Shown: positions 1-9,579, counted from the stretch's first letter. The stretch: 33,596 nucleotides of DNA from an uncultured Candidatus Saccharibacteria bacterium (GCA_964477425.1 CAYZDR010000002.1:1-33596), one strand, 5' to 3'. Numbers and translations: made by a program. The notes: generated by a model from the letters alone, not told the origin.

Positions 1-45
1 GCACCGCAGGTGCGTAAAACTTCCGAAAATTCTGAAATTGTAAAT

Positions 46-133
46 TGGCGGAGAGAAGAGGATTCGAACCCCTGGTCCCTTTCAGGACAACGGTTTTCAA
101 GACCGTCGCATTAAGCCGCTCTGCCATCTCTCC
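46..133 (-). tRNA. tRNA-Ser (anticodon UGA), CCA encoded
   Basis: The reverse complement folds as a class II tRNA. Acceptor GGAGAGA/TCTCTCC; anticodon stem ACGGT/ACCGT with loop CT-TGA-AA; long variable arm TGTCCTGAAAGGGACCA; T-loop GGTTCGAATCC; discriminator G plus CCA. The + strand ORF 45..344 is its translation shadow. Confidence 0.93.
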
Positions 134-135
134 AG

Positions 136-170
136 TCAATGATCAATGTGCAATGAACAATGATCAATTA
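136..170 (-). repeat. Heptamer tandem array, family H7 (5 x CATTGWW read on the - strand)
   Basis: + strand reads TCAATGA TCAATGT GCAATGA ACAATGA TCAATTA. Same family as 5428..5462, 6364..6398 and 29446..29480. Ends 2 nt from the 5' end of tRNA-Ser. Confidence 0.8.
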
Positions 171-274
171 ACGACGAATTACTACAATCATCATAATACA
201 CCATTTTTCTTCAATCGTAAACTGCATAATCGCCGACGAACTACAACAACAAAAAAACAGGCTATTCACCTGCC

Positions 275-322
275 TCGTATGTTTACATGTTCGTATGTTT
301 ACATGTTCGTATGTTTACATGT
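275..322. repeat. Perfect 3 x 16-bp tandem repeat TCGTATGTTTACATGT (= 6 octamers of family O8, ACATNNNA on the - strand)
   Basis: Identical units at 275-290, 291-306 and 307-322. The last base is the first base of the permease stop codon (322-324). Confidence 0.9.
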
Positions 323-1341
323 TAAGATGACGCCGTCCCCATAAAATCACTAATAAGCACCTCAATTACAGCTGCAACTGGAACTGCCAACACCAAACCC
401 AATACTCCCGCAAGTTTTGTTCCAATTAAGATTGCTAAAATAACAACAATCGGATTTAATCCCACAGCGCTCTGCATTATTTTTGGAGTGATCACATGAT
501 TTTCAATTTGCTGAACAATCAAAAACCAAACACCTGCTAATATCGCTATGGTCAAAGATTGAGACAAACATATTAAAAATACAATCATCGTAGCAACCAT
601 AGGTCCAGCATATGGAATAATTTCTAATATCGCACCCATAATTCCTAATAACAATGCAAATCTTGCTCCAATAAAAAATAATCCTAAAAAATCTAATACA
701 CCGACTAAAAGAATCACAACAAATTGCCCCTGCACCCATTTCCCAAGTTTCGCCTGACTCTTTTTAACCAATCTCATAACATTGTCTCTCTGATTTTCTG
801 GGGTCAATGCTTCAATGAATTTCTTCAAACCACCCTTTTCAACAGACATGTAGAAAGAAACCGCCAAAACAACAACGACAGAGATTGTTCCAGCTACGAC
901 AGCTTTGGTGGTAGAGAAAATATTGGGAGCGACCTGGCCAAGTTCAGCGCTCAGCGAGTCAAAGAAATATTCCACATTTGAAGCAATGTTGTGCTGAATT
1001 GCAAATAGCTTGAATGATTCAAATTTCATTATAGCTGAATCAAAGAATGATGGCATTGCAACAGCCAGTTGCCTCACCTGTTCCAAAAGTGGTGGGATCA
1101 AAAAGAAAAGAGCTGTCCCAAAAAGAAGAGCTCCAATTACATAAACCATTGCCACTGCCACAACTCTAGGAATTTTTTTATTTTCCATTCGCGCAGCGAA
1201 TGGTTCTATTGCAGAAGTTAAAATTACAGCAAAAAGGACAAGTACAACTACATCGCGAATGAGAAAAATTAACCCTAATACTAAGAGGACCCCTATGACT
1301 TTAAGAATAGTCGCAGTAGAAATTGAAATTTCTCTATCCAT
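322..1341 (-). CDS. AI-2E family transporter (PerM/UPF0118-like permease)
   Basis: 339-aa ORF, multi-pass hydrophobic protein. Has an N-terminal TM pair, a central soluble loop and a C-terminal TM bundle (..IIPYAGPMVA.., ..GLNPIVVILAILIG..) typical of this family. Confidence 0.8.
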   Translation of the reverse strand: MDREISISTATILKVIGVLLVLGLIFLIRDVVVLVLFAVILTSAIEPFAARMENKKIPRVVAVAMVYVIGALLFGTALFFLIPPLLEQVRQLAVAMPSFFDSAIMKFESFKLFAIQHNIASNVEYFFDSLSAELGQVAPNIFSTTKAVVAGTISVVVVLAVSFYMSVEKGGLKKFIEALTPENQRDNVMRLVKKSQAKLGKWVQGQFVVILLVGVLDFLGLFFIGARFALLLGIMGAILEIIPYAGPMVATMIVFLICLSQSLTIAILAGVWFLIVQQIENHVITPKIMQSAVGLNPIVVILAILIGTKLAGVLGLVLAVPVAAVIEVLISDFMGTASS

Positions 1342-1350
1342 ACTTTGCTT

Positions 1351-1388
1351 CGGTACGCCGTATCCGCCCAGGGCGGAAAAGGCGACTA
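1351..1388. repeat. GC-rich hairpin repeat (CCGCCCAGGGCGG)
   Basis: GC-rich island in AT-rich spacer. Hairpin CCGCC-CAG-GGCGG at 1364..1376; a near-identical hairpin CCGCCCGAGGCGG occurs at 5140..5152. Confidence 0.6.
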
Positions 1389-1407
1389 TTTAAAATTTAC
1401 ACGTAAA

Positions 1408-2676
1408 TCAAACTTTTAGTAACTTTTCAAATTTCACAGAATCTTTATGTGGTCCAATCATTGCAAGTTTTAGATTATCATCAGTAAATAATTCATTTGC
1501 AACTTCCTGAATTTGTTCAGCTGTTACACTTTCTATTTTAGCAACATATTCTTCTGGCGTCAAAATTTTGTTTTCCAAAAGTTCCTGCCCAGCTACCCAT
1601 TCCGCCACATCGTCTGAAGATTCAAGCCCAATAGCAAGTCCTCCTTTGATCATTTCTTTCGCTTTCCTCAATTCTTTCGCACCAACTTTTTTATCTTTTA
1701 ATTTCTTTAATTCATTAACTGATAATTTTATTGCTTTTTCAACTCTATTGCTATCTACGCCTGAACGAATAGCATAATTTCCAGTTGTAGCCTTTGTTCC
1801 CAACCCCGATCCTACATAATATGCAAGCCCATTTTTTTCTCTGATCACAGAAAATAATCTTGAGCTCATTCCTTGACCTAATATAGCAAATAGAACTTCC
1901 GCGATACATTCTTTTTTATCCCCAGTTTTATATGCAAAACCACCTAATCGAAAATGCGACTGACTTGTATCTTTATACTTGAGTAAAACTTTTGATCTAT
2001 TTTTGTTTTCTTTTACTATATCTTTATCTTTTGCTTGATTTTTAGAAATTCCTTTAAAGTACTTAGTAATTTCTTGCTCTATTTTCTTTGAATCAATATT
2101 CCCAGCAACAGCTACCACAATATTTTTGGCTATATAATGTTCCTTTTTGTATTTAACAAAATCTTTTCTAGAAAGTTTAGAAATAATTTCTTTCGGTCCA
2201 AGTACACTTCTTCCTGCAGGTTGATCTCCATAGAGTAATTCACCGAACAATCTGACAACATTCCTCCTTGGCTGATCTTCGTCAAGATTAATTTCCTCTA
2301 ATATTACACCTCTTTCTCTGTCTATCTCTTTCTGTCCCAATAATCCATTTATGGAAATATCAGAAATAATATCCATAGCCAATCCTACATTCTTTGAATC
2401 AACTTTAGCCCAATATCCTGTAAATTCATGCCATGTAAACGCATTGTGCTGTCCACCTACGCCATCTAATTCAACAGAAATTTCCATCGGTTTCGGTCGC
2501 TTCTTCGTCCCCTTAAAAGCCATATGTTCCAAAAAGTGCGATATCCCATTCTCTTCCCTCGTTTCATTATATGACCCCGCTCCCACCATAACCAAAACAG
2601 TAGCAGTGTTGGTGCCAGTCATTGGAACCGTGATTATTCTAAGTCCATTGGGTAATGTTTTTTTATTGTATTGCAT
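1408..2676 (-). CDS. M16 (pitrilysin) family zinc peptidase
   Basis: 422-aa ORF. N-terminal inverted zinc motif HxxEH (GISHFLEHMAFKG); typical two-lobe M16 length. Confidence 0.85.
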   Translation of the reverse strand: MQYNKKTLPNGLRIITVPMTGTNTATVLVMVGAGSYNETREENGISHFLEHMAFKGTKKRPKPMEISVELDGVGGQHNAFTWHEFTGYWAKVDSKNVGLAMDIISDISINGLLGQKEIDRERGVILEEINLDEDQPRRNVVRLFGELLYGDQPAGRSVLGPKEIISKLSRKDFVKYKKEHYIAKNIVVAVAGNIDSKKIEQEITKYFKGISKNQAKDKDIVKENKNRSKVLLKYKDTSQSHFRLGGFAYKTGDKKECIAEVLFAILGQGMSSRLFSVIREKNGLAYYVGSGLGTKATTGNYAIRSGVDSNRVEKAIKLSVNELKKLKDKKVGAKELRKAKEMIKGGLAIGLESSDDVAEWVAGQELLENKILTPEEYVAKIESVTAEQIQEVANELFTDDNLKLAMIGPHKDSVKFEKLLKV

Positions 2677-2699
2677 AATGTTTTAAAATTTACTCTAAC

Positions 2700-2920
2700 C
2701 CTGTCATTGCGAGGGACGAAGCAACCTCGTAACCATATAGTATTCGCATTCACAACATACTGAACTAAGATTCTCAGGATTAAAGGATTTTTAAGATTAC
2801 AACGTCGTCGTTACAATCCTGTTTAATCCTTTAATCCTGCAAATCCTAGTTCAGGTCGTCGTAATTAGAGTTCAAAGCGTATAGTTACGAGTTTGCTTCA
2901 CTGCGGTTCGCAATGACAGG
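2700..2920. repeat. ~220-bp palindromic MITE-like element (terminal CCTGTCATTGCGAGG...GAAGCAACCTCGTAAC inverted repeats)
   Basis: The left arm 2700..2733 and right arm 2884..2920 are imperfect reverse complements. A nested inner inverted repeat pairs TGAACTAAGATTCTCAGGATTAAAGGATT (2761..) with AATCCTTTAATCCTGCAAATCCTAGTTCA (..2853). No ORF. Confidence 0.75.
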
Positions 2921-2929
2921 AAAGTGTCT

Positions 2930-4327
2930 TTATCCGTTTATTCCACTTTTTACATACTCCCCCAATTCATCAATCCCTATCCTAACCTGCTCCATACTAT
3001 CTCTATCTCTCACGGTTACAGTATTATCTTTTAATGAATCATAGTCAATAGTAACACAGTATGGTGTCCCAATTTCATCTTGCCTTCTATATCGTTTTCC
3101 GATATTCCCATTGTCATCAAATTCAGTATTGAATTTTGTTTTTAGGCTATTGTATACTTCTCGAGCTTTCTCTACTAATTCTGTTTTATTTTTCAATAAT
3201 GGAAACACGGCAACTTTTACAGGCGCTAATTCTTTATTGATTTTTAGGACAGTTCTTGTTTCGCTATCATTAATTTTTTCCTCTGTATATGCCTCACTGA
3301 TAACAGCAAGAAAAACACGATCAGCTCCAGCAGATGATTCAACAACATGTGGAATATATTTTTCCCCAGTGGCAGGGTCTCTGTATTCTAAACTTTGTCC
3401 TGAAAATTTGGAATGTTGAGTTAAATCATAATCTCCTCTCGCGTGTAACCCTTCTATTTCTTTAAATCCTGTTGGAAAATTATACTCAATGTCATACGCA
3501 TCTTTGGCATAGAAAGCTAACTTTTCATGTTTGTGCCATTTTAAGTTTTCTTCTTTTATCCCTAACTGCAAATAATATTCCCAGCGATTATTTTTTAATT
3601 CTTCATACTCTTCCAATTCTCTATCTGCACGAACAAAATATTGCATTTCCATTTGTTCAAATTCTCGTGTTCTAAAAATAAACTGTCTTGCAGTAATTTC
3701 ATTTCTAAATGCCTTTCCAATCTGTGCAATTCCAAATGGGATTTTCACTCGCGTTGAATCAAGAACATTCTTAAAGTTCACATAAATACCTTGGCATGTT
3801 TCTCCTCTTAAATATGAGACATTGTCATCTGTAATATCTCCATCTAAATTTCCTAGATTTGTTTTGACAAGCAAATTGAATTTTTTTATTTCGGTAAAAT
3901 CTTTTTTACCACACACAGGACATTTTATTTTCTCTTGATTATCACTAAAAATTTTATCAATCTCTTCTTCACTCATTTTTTCATCAGCGAATACACCTGC
4001 ATCTTCAAGTAAATGATCTACTCTAAATCTATTATTGCATTTTTTACATTCTATTAGTGGATCTGCAAAACCTTTGACATGTCCAGATGCTTCCCAAATT
4101 TTTGGATGCATAAAAATTGCAGAATCTAAACCAACAATATCTTCTCTTTCTTGAACCATATATTTCCACCAAGATCTCTTGATATTATTTTTCAGTTCTA
4201 CCCCATATGGTCCAAAATCATAAATAGCTGAAAACCCACCATAGATTTCAGATGATGGATATACAAAACCTCTCCTTTTACAAAAAGAGATTATCTTATC
4301 CATTTTTTGCTTATCATTATTTTCCAT
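2930..4327 (-). CDS. glyQS: Glycine--tRNA ligase (homodimeric class II type)
   Basis: 465-aa ORF. N-terminus ..CKRRGFVYPSSEIYGG..YDFGPYGVELKNNIK..W is the characteristic GlyRS start. Class II core and C-terminal anticodon-binding domain are present. Confidence 0.93.
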   Translation of the reverse strand: MENNDKQKMDKIISFCKRRGFVYPSSEIYGGFSAIYDFGPYGVELKNNIKRSWWKYMVQEREDIVGLDSAIFMHPKIWEASGHVKGFADPLIECKKCNNRFRVDHLLEDAGVFADEKMSEEEIDKIFSDNQEKIKCPVCGKKDFTEIKKFNLLVKTNLGNLDGDITDDNVSYLRGETCQGIYVNFKNVLDSTRVKIPFGIAQIGKAFRNEITARQFIFRTREFEQMEMQYFVRADRELEEYEELKNNRWEYYLQLGIKEENLKWHKHEKLAFYAKDAYDIEYNFPTGFKEIEGLHARGDYDLTQHSKFSGQSLEYRDPATGEKYIPHVVESSAGADRVFLAVISEAYTEEKINDSETRTVLKINKELAPVKVAVFPLLKNKTELVEKAREVYNSLKTKFNTEFDDNGNIGKRYRRQDEIGTPYCVTIDYDSLKDNTVTVRDRDSMEQVRIGIDELGEYVKSGING

Positions 4328-4375
4328 GTCCTTATACTACCAAAAAAACAGATATTTATCAAATACTCCTATCTC

Positions 4376-4435
4376 CCTGTCATTGCGAGGAACGAATGAA
4401 GTCGCAACGGAATGAGTAACGAAGCAACCTCGTAA
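4376..4435. repeat. Solo arm of the CCTGTCATTGCGAGG...GAAGCAACCTCGTAA repeat
   Basis: CCTGTCATTGCGAGGAACGAATGAAGTCGCAACGGAATGAGTAACGAAGCAACCTCGTAA matches the termini of the 2700..2920 element. Confidence 0.7.
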
Positions 4436-4464
4436 TTACACAGTTATTCTTCTTTAGATGCACC

Positions 4465-4638
4465 TCATTGCCATTCTGAACAACACTTTGGTCTTATAGA
4501 ATATATTTTGCATTTATTATCTTCGCCAAGAAACTTACACCGTTTACTTAACATTAAAGTTCTTGTTCGCAAAGAAATAAATATTCGATCAGACCAATAT
4601 AATCTTTTGCAACATTCTCCACATTTATGACATGCCAT
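4465..4638 (-). CDS. Small YkgJ-type cysteine-cluster protein (CxxCxxCC), 57 aa; below the ORF-track cutoff
   Basis: Hand translation: MACHKCGECCKRLYWSDRIFISLRTRTLMLSKRCKFLGEDNKCKIYSIRPKCCSEWQ*. The CxxCGxCC start and the C.F......C.IY..RP..C end match the zinc/iron-chelating YkgJ (UPF0153) pattern, but the middle is much shorter than usual. Confidence 0.5.
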   Translation of the reverse strand: MACHKCGECCKRLYWSDRIFISLRTRTLMLSKRCKFLGEDNKCKIYSIRPKCCSEWQ

Positions 4639-4656
4639 AATATAAATATTTATTAA

Positions 4657-5001
4657 TTATATACCACGATCCATGCTTGTAATTCTCACATTCACTGCCT
4701 TTAATTCTTTTTTAATATATTCAAATGCCGGCATGGGATCTGATTTTTGACCGCATGTAAAAATATCTACTGCCGCATATAGATATTCTGGATAAGTGTG
4801 TATGCAGATATGACTCTCCGCCAATATACCAAAAACTGTCACTCCTTGCGGTTCAAACTTTTTTGCCCCCAATTTAACCAAATGATGATCGGATACTTTA
4901 ACAGCTTTTCTGATTATCCTCTTGAGCATCACCATGTTATCAAGAATATTTTTATCACATTTTATAAATTCGGCAATAACTTGCTTTCCTACTTTCTTCA
5001 T
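4657..5001 (-). CDS. speH: S-adenosylmethionine decarboxylase proenzyme (small pyruvoyl-dependent type)
   Basis: 114-aa ORF. Contains the self-cleavage/active-site block ..GILAESHICIHTYPE.. followed by ..DIFTCG.. typical of the short SpeH/SpeD class. Confidence 0.85.
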   Translation of the reverse strand: MKKVGKQVIAEFIKCDKNILDNMVMLKRIIRKAVKVSDHHLVKLGAKKFEPQGVTVFGILAESHICIHTYPEYLYAAVDIFTCGQKSDPMPAFEYIKKELKAVNVRITSMDRGI

Positions 5002-5005
5002 ATTG

Positions 5006-5050
5006 ACATATTAACATATTAACATCTAAACATTTTAACATATAAACATG
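5006..5050. repeat. Octamer array, family O8 (ACATATTA ACATATTA ACATCTAA ACATTTTA ACATATAA ACATG)
   Basis: 5.6 tandem 8-mers starting 5 nt upstream of the speH start codon. Same ACATNNNA unit as the reverse complement of 275..322. Confidence 0.7.
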
Positions 5051-5174
5051 CGGTGTATCCGTGATCTGCCGTGCCTCGCCGTCTTGTTCGCCGTAGCTTT
5101 GGCGGAGGAGGAAGCTCCAGCGTAGGCAGGTGTGCATCTCCGCCCGAGGCGGATCAGCCTTGGGCTGACGTTTC
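5051..5174. repeat. GC-rich repeat cluster (family GCR)
   Basis: Sharp GC-rich block in AT-rich DNA. The core TTGTTCGCCGTAGCTTTGGCGGAGGAGGA (5085..5113) aligns with 17821..17853 and 12939..12977. Hairpin CCGCCCGAGGCGG at 5140..5152. The track ORF 4955..5209 is its shadow. Confidence 0.65.
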
Positions 5175-6317
<1,143 letters not shown>

Positions 6318-6363
6318 TCACCACTATCCTTGATATTCTTAATTCCAGCCCGCTGGCTGACGT

Positions 6364-6398
6364 CATTGATCATTATTCATTGTACATTGATCATTGAT
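6364..6398 (+). repeat. H7 heptamer array
   Basis: CATTGAT CATTATT CATTGTA CATTGAT CATTGAT. Contains the stop codon and last two codons of the 6391..8295 gene. Confidence 0.8.
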
Positions 6399-8295
6399 TT
6401 ACCACCCTGTATTGGCTTTGAGATAAATTTTTATCTTCAGATAAACTAGTTGTCTTTGCATCTGCTGTCACTGAAAGAATTTCTTGTGTAAAAATGTCTT
6501 CTCCTGAACATTCAGTTTTATTTAACAAAAGCATTGTTTTCCCAATATCTGGGAGAGCTGGTTTAATACTGATCTGAAAAATTGCTTCATACAAAGGAGC
6601 TTTTATCCCAGTATTGGCTGGAACTGTTCCAATGTCCCACATAACCGTTCTAGTCACATTGCTAAAGGAAAGATTTCCGTTGGCAGTAAAAGAGTTATTC
6701 CCCCACCCAATGCCTGGTGGTAAAACAGCTTTAATCTTGGTCCCACGAACATCATTTGATACATTAAGAATTTGCCAACGAATTGTGTATGAAGTAGTTT
6801 CACCAACTTTAGGTGGGATTGGTCCAAAATTCTTAATCCCGCCATTATTGTAATATGATCCATCTGTGATGACAACCAATCTAGAATTAACTTTTATACT
6901 CATTTTATTTCCACTAATTGGCTCTTCTGTACTTTCAGATTTTGCTGAAGGTGTGCTTGAAATAACGAAATTCTTTGACGTCCCTCCATTCATTGGTAAT
7001 GTATTTTTAACTTTTAGGGAAAATTCCAGAGTTTCCTCACGCATTGAAGCAAGGTATCCAAAATTATCCACTCCTGATGAATTCCACTCTATCACATTAT
7101 TTGAAGAAATAAAACCATCTTCTACAGATAATGATGAGAGATCGATGGCATCACCGTCTAATACTGTTGATACGACTACTCCGCTTAATGCATTTTGTGA
7201 TGTATTTTTTACCTTAATAACAAATTGCACGCTTTCTCCAATATCAACATTTTCTAAATCCCCCACAACAGACTGCATAATTTGTATTTCTGGAGCCATC
7301 AAAATCGTTGTCCCACTTGCCTCATTATATGCGTAGAAATTATCATTTTTAGTAAAACCTATTTTAACATCAACATTCTGAGCTTCTTCAACATCTCCAA
7401 ATAAATTTCCCATTAACTTAAATTCCATAATATCTCCTTCTACAAAACTATCTATGAGAATCTCATTGTCATTTCTGATAAAAGCTTCTTTTATTTCAGA
7501 GTCGGTAAACTGCATAACTTCATCTAGCAAAAAACCAAAAGGAGGATCAATTTTTAATGTCAGATCTGAAAAATCTGTATCAGATAAATTTTCACAATTG
7601 ATTACATATTCTACACTTTCTCCAGAAACAATTTCATCTGGTGCTTCAACTGATATTGCAATTGGATAAGATTTAATATTAATTTTACCATCAACTTTCT
7701 TTCTGAAAAATGAATTAAAGTTTGCTGGCATGTATTGAATTTCTACTGCTATTAAATGTGCACTTCCTTCTGTCCCAAATATTTGAACTGGAATTTCCAT
7801 TTGGTCTGATTCACCTTTAGCAATTTTATCAATCTTCCAAGTTTTTATTGCTATTGTTTTTTCTTCTTCTGCCATGATCATAGAGTCTGGGCGATGAAAT
7901 GATATAGAGACATTGTTCAGATCAACCCTTGAAAAGTTCCCATATTTAATAGTTATCGTTTCTTCCATCCCAGAAACAACTTCCTCGTTATATTCTATTT
8001 CAAATATTATATCTTTCTCTCTAAATGATCTGTTTTGCAAAACATAGTAAAGCAACGCGCTACTTCCTATCAAGGCTACTATGGCAAAAATTATTCCCCA
8101 AATGAAAATTTTCTTTTTGGTCCCTGATGATATTTTTCTCCTAGAAGATTTTGTCATCCGTATTTCTTCCCTCGGCCATTCTTTCTCTACATCCAGAACA
8201 TCCGAAGATTCAATTTCTTTCTTTTCAAAATCAACATTTGGAGCATCATCTTCCCCTCTTTTATATATTTGTTTTTCTAGATCTTGTAACGACAT
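6391..8295 (-). CDS. Hypothetical membrane-anchored extracytoplasmic protein
   Basis: 634-aa ORF. Charged N-terminus, one hydrophobic helix (IFIWGIIFAIVALIGSSALLYYVL), then a long polar, beta-rich-looking ectodomain. No family recognised by eye. Confidence 0.6.
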   Translation of the reverse strand: MSLQDLEKQIYKRGEDDAPNVDFEKKEIESSDVLDVEKEWPREEIRMTKSSRRKISSGTKKKIFIWGIIFAIVALIGSSALLYYVLQNRSFREKDIIFEIEYNEEVVSGMEETITIKYGNFSRVDLNNVSISFHRPDSMIMAEEEKTIAIKTWKIDKIAKGESDQMEIPVQIFGTEGSAHLIAVEIQYMPANFNSFFRKKVDGKINIKSYPIAISVEAPDEIVSGESVEYVINCENLSDTDFSDLTLKIDPPFGFLLDEVMQFTDSEIKEAFIRNDNEILIDSFVEGDIMEFKLMGNLFGDVEEAQNVDVKIGFTKNDNFYAYNEASGTTILMAPEIQIMQSVVGDLENVDIGESVQFVIKVKNTSQNALSGVVVSTVLDGDAIDLSSLSVEDGFISSNNVIEWNSSGVDNFGYLASMREETLEFSLKVKNTLPMNGGTSKNFVISSTPSAKSESTEEPISGNKMSIKVNSRLVVITDGSYYNNGGIKNFGPIPPKVGETTSYTIRWQILNVSNDVRGTKIKAVLPPGIGWGNNSFTANGNLSFSNVTRTVMWDIGTVPANTGIKAPLYEAIFQISIKPALPDIGKTMLLLNKTECSGEDIFTQEILSVTADAKTTSLSEDKNLSQSQYRVVNQ

Positions 8296-8330
8296 AAATC
8301 AATTCTCAATTACGAATTACTAACCGCCAC

Positions 8331-8993
8331 TCATCTCGTCCTACTTATACAGTCTACAACATTTTTAACAAATTGCCACGAGTTTAATTTACTGTGGATA
8401 GCATTAGACAGTGGATCTTCAATTATTTTTCTCAAATTAGATAGATTAACACTTGATAAATCAACTTTTTCAATAATATCATATCCAAACTTTATACACA
8501 GCCTCAAGAGTTTTGTTTCATTATTTTTGTCATTAAAATCTGGACAGTACCCTGCAATATTCAATAACCTCGCCGCGAACACAGCTGGGATGTATTTAAT
8601 TTTATGATCAGGCGCGGACTCAAGTTTATCTAAAACATTTGATAGCTCACGATATTCTTCTCTCACAATAACATTTTCTTCTGACATCTGGTCAGATAAT
8701 TCAGCTACAAAAAATCCCATTGCAAGACGATCAAGATCTGATTTTATATTTTTGTAATATTTATCTGTTATACTTCCTGTTAACCTTGGAAATTTTTTAC
8801 CCATCACAAAAGCAATCTCACTTTTATTAAACAAATCCAAATGCCCTGCCAATTTGGCGTCAATTTTTCTCACTCCTTTTGCAAATATTTTCATCTTCCC
8901 AAAGTCTTTAGTCAACACAACAAAAAAAGCATCCGCCTCTCCAAAGGGGATGTTTTTCAAAATTATTCCTTCTGTCCGTTGTATTTCTGCCAT
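8331..8993 (-). CDS. recO: DNA repair protein RecO
   Basis: 220-aa ORF. The N-terminal OB-fold start MAEIQRTEGIILKNIPFGEADAFFVVLTKDFGKMKIFAKGVRK is typical of RecO. Confidence 0.82.
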   Translation of the reverse strand: MAEIQRTEGIILKNIPFGEADAFFVVLTKDFGKMKIFAKGVRKIDAKLAGHLDLFNKSEIAFVMGKKFPRLTGSITDKYYKNIKSDLDRLAMGFFVAELSDQMSEENVIVREEYRELSNVLDKLESAPDHKIKYIPAVFAARLLNIAGYCPDFNDKNNETKLLRLCIKFGYDIIEKVDLSSVNLSNLRKIIEDPLSNAIHSKLNSWQFVKNVVDCISRTR

Positions 8994-9102
8994 GCCTGTA
9001 TTATATCATAATTTATGATTTTTTCTACCGCCTTTTAAGGCGGGTTCAGGATACTTTAGTATCCGTTTTATAAGAACCGTAATTTAGGGTAAATATAATT
9101 AA

Positions 9103-9126
9103 AGGGAGAATCCATAGATTCTCCCT
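9103..9126 (-). terminator. Intrinsic terminator-like hairpin after ORF 9129..9488
   Basis: Perfect 10-bp stem AGGGAGAATC/GATTCTCCCT with a 4-nt loop, starting 2 nt after the stop codon. Followed on the - strand by the U/A-rich tract TTAATTATATTT. Confidence 0.6.
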
Positions 9127-9128
9127 TA

Positions 9129-9488
9129 CTACATTAAATATATCCCCCTCATCTTTTTCCCCATTGGACTATGCCATGTCTCTGGTATATAAAGTCCATC
9201 TTGCCCCCATTGAAATCCCATCTTCTCCATACTTTCATGCCAGAGAAATCCGTTTCCGAATCTTCCTCCTCGGCTAGTCAAAAAATTTATGTTAGAAGGA
9301 ATCATAATTAACTTTTCCCTAAAACACGACCCACTAGCCTTTAGTTTATTTGAGCATAATGGATCAAAAAAATACTCTAATTTATGCTTACTTAAAAAAA
9401 GCGCTGTCGGAATCCCGTCTACTTTAACATAGAGTAATATTTGTGGATTCCAACAACAAGTACAGACTACTCTAAATATTCTTTTCAT
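9129..9488 (-). CDS. Hypothetical protein (orphan by eye; Cys-rich N-terminus, Trp-rich C-terminus)
   Basis: 119-aa ORF with consensus SD AGGAGG 6 nt upstream of the ATG and its own hairpin terminator. No motif recognised. Confidence 0.55.
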   Translation of the reverse strand: MKRIFRVVCTCCWNPQILLYVKVDGIPTALFLSKHKLEYFFDPLCSNKLKASGSCFREKLIMIPSNINFLTSRGGRFGNGFLWHESMEKMGFQWGQDGLYIPETWHSPMGKKMRGIYLM

Positions 9489-9579
9489 CTTTCCCCTCCT
9501 TGCCTCGACTTGATGAAAATCAAGACGGGCTCATCTAATCAATATAATTTATACCCTACAAATTTTCAAAGACCTATTT

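Noticed and set aside
45-344. 99-aa + strand ORF starting [13 protein letters not shown]
   Set aside because: The N-terminus is the translation shadow of tRNA-Ser on the opposite strand. The rest runs through the heptamer and 16-bp tandem repeats. It has a TTG start and no RBS.
503-981. Overlapping or antisense track ORFs inside the permease gene (503..739 -, 724..981 +). Similar shadows lie inside other strong CDSs: 1568..1777, 2351..2686, 3111..3419, 3472..3675, 4798..5022, 6614..7669, 8081..8323, 10872..11063, 11348..11572, 12152..12376, 14167..14780, 16902..17332, 18338..18526, 24625..25016, 26876..27067, 27604..27819, 29169..29366, 32563..32808
   Set aside because: Each is nested in or antisense to a long ORF with clear family motifs. 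None has a recognisable motif or RBS.
4328-4464. T-box or other riboswitch leaders upstream of glyQS, ileS or argS
   Set aside because: I could not find a specifier loop/T-box sequence or any familiar riboswitch core by eye. The glyQS upstream spacer is occupied by the CCTGTCATTGCGAGG repeat arm and the small Cys-cluster ORF. ileS and argS have almost no upstream spacer. A covariance-model scan would be needed to exclude this fully.
9000-9100. Two small hairpins (CCGCC-ttttaa-GGCGG at 9028-9043; GGATAC-ttta-GTATCC at 9049-9064) upstream of recO as a structured RNA
   Set aside because: The stems are short and independent, with no recognisable ncRNA core. More likely members of the GC-hairpin repeat families or a weak terminator for the upstream orphan gene.
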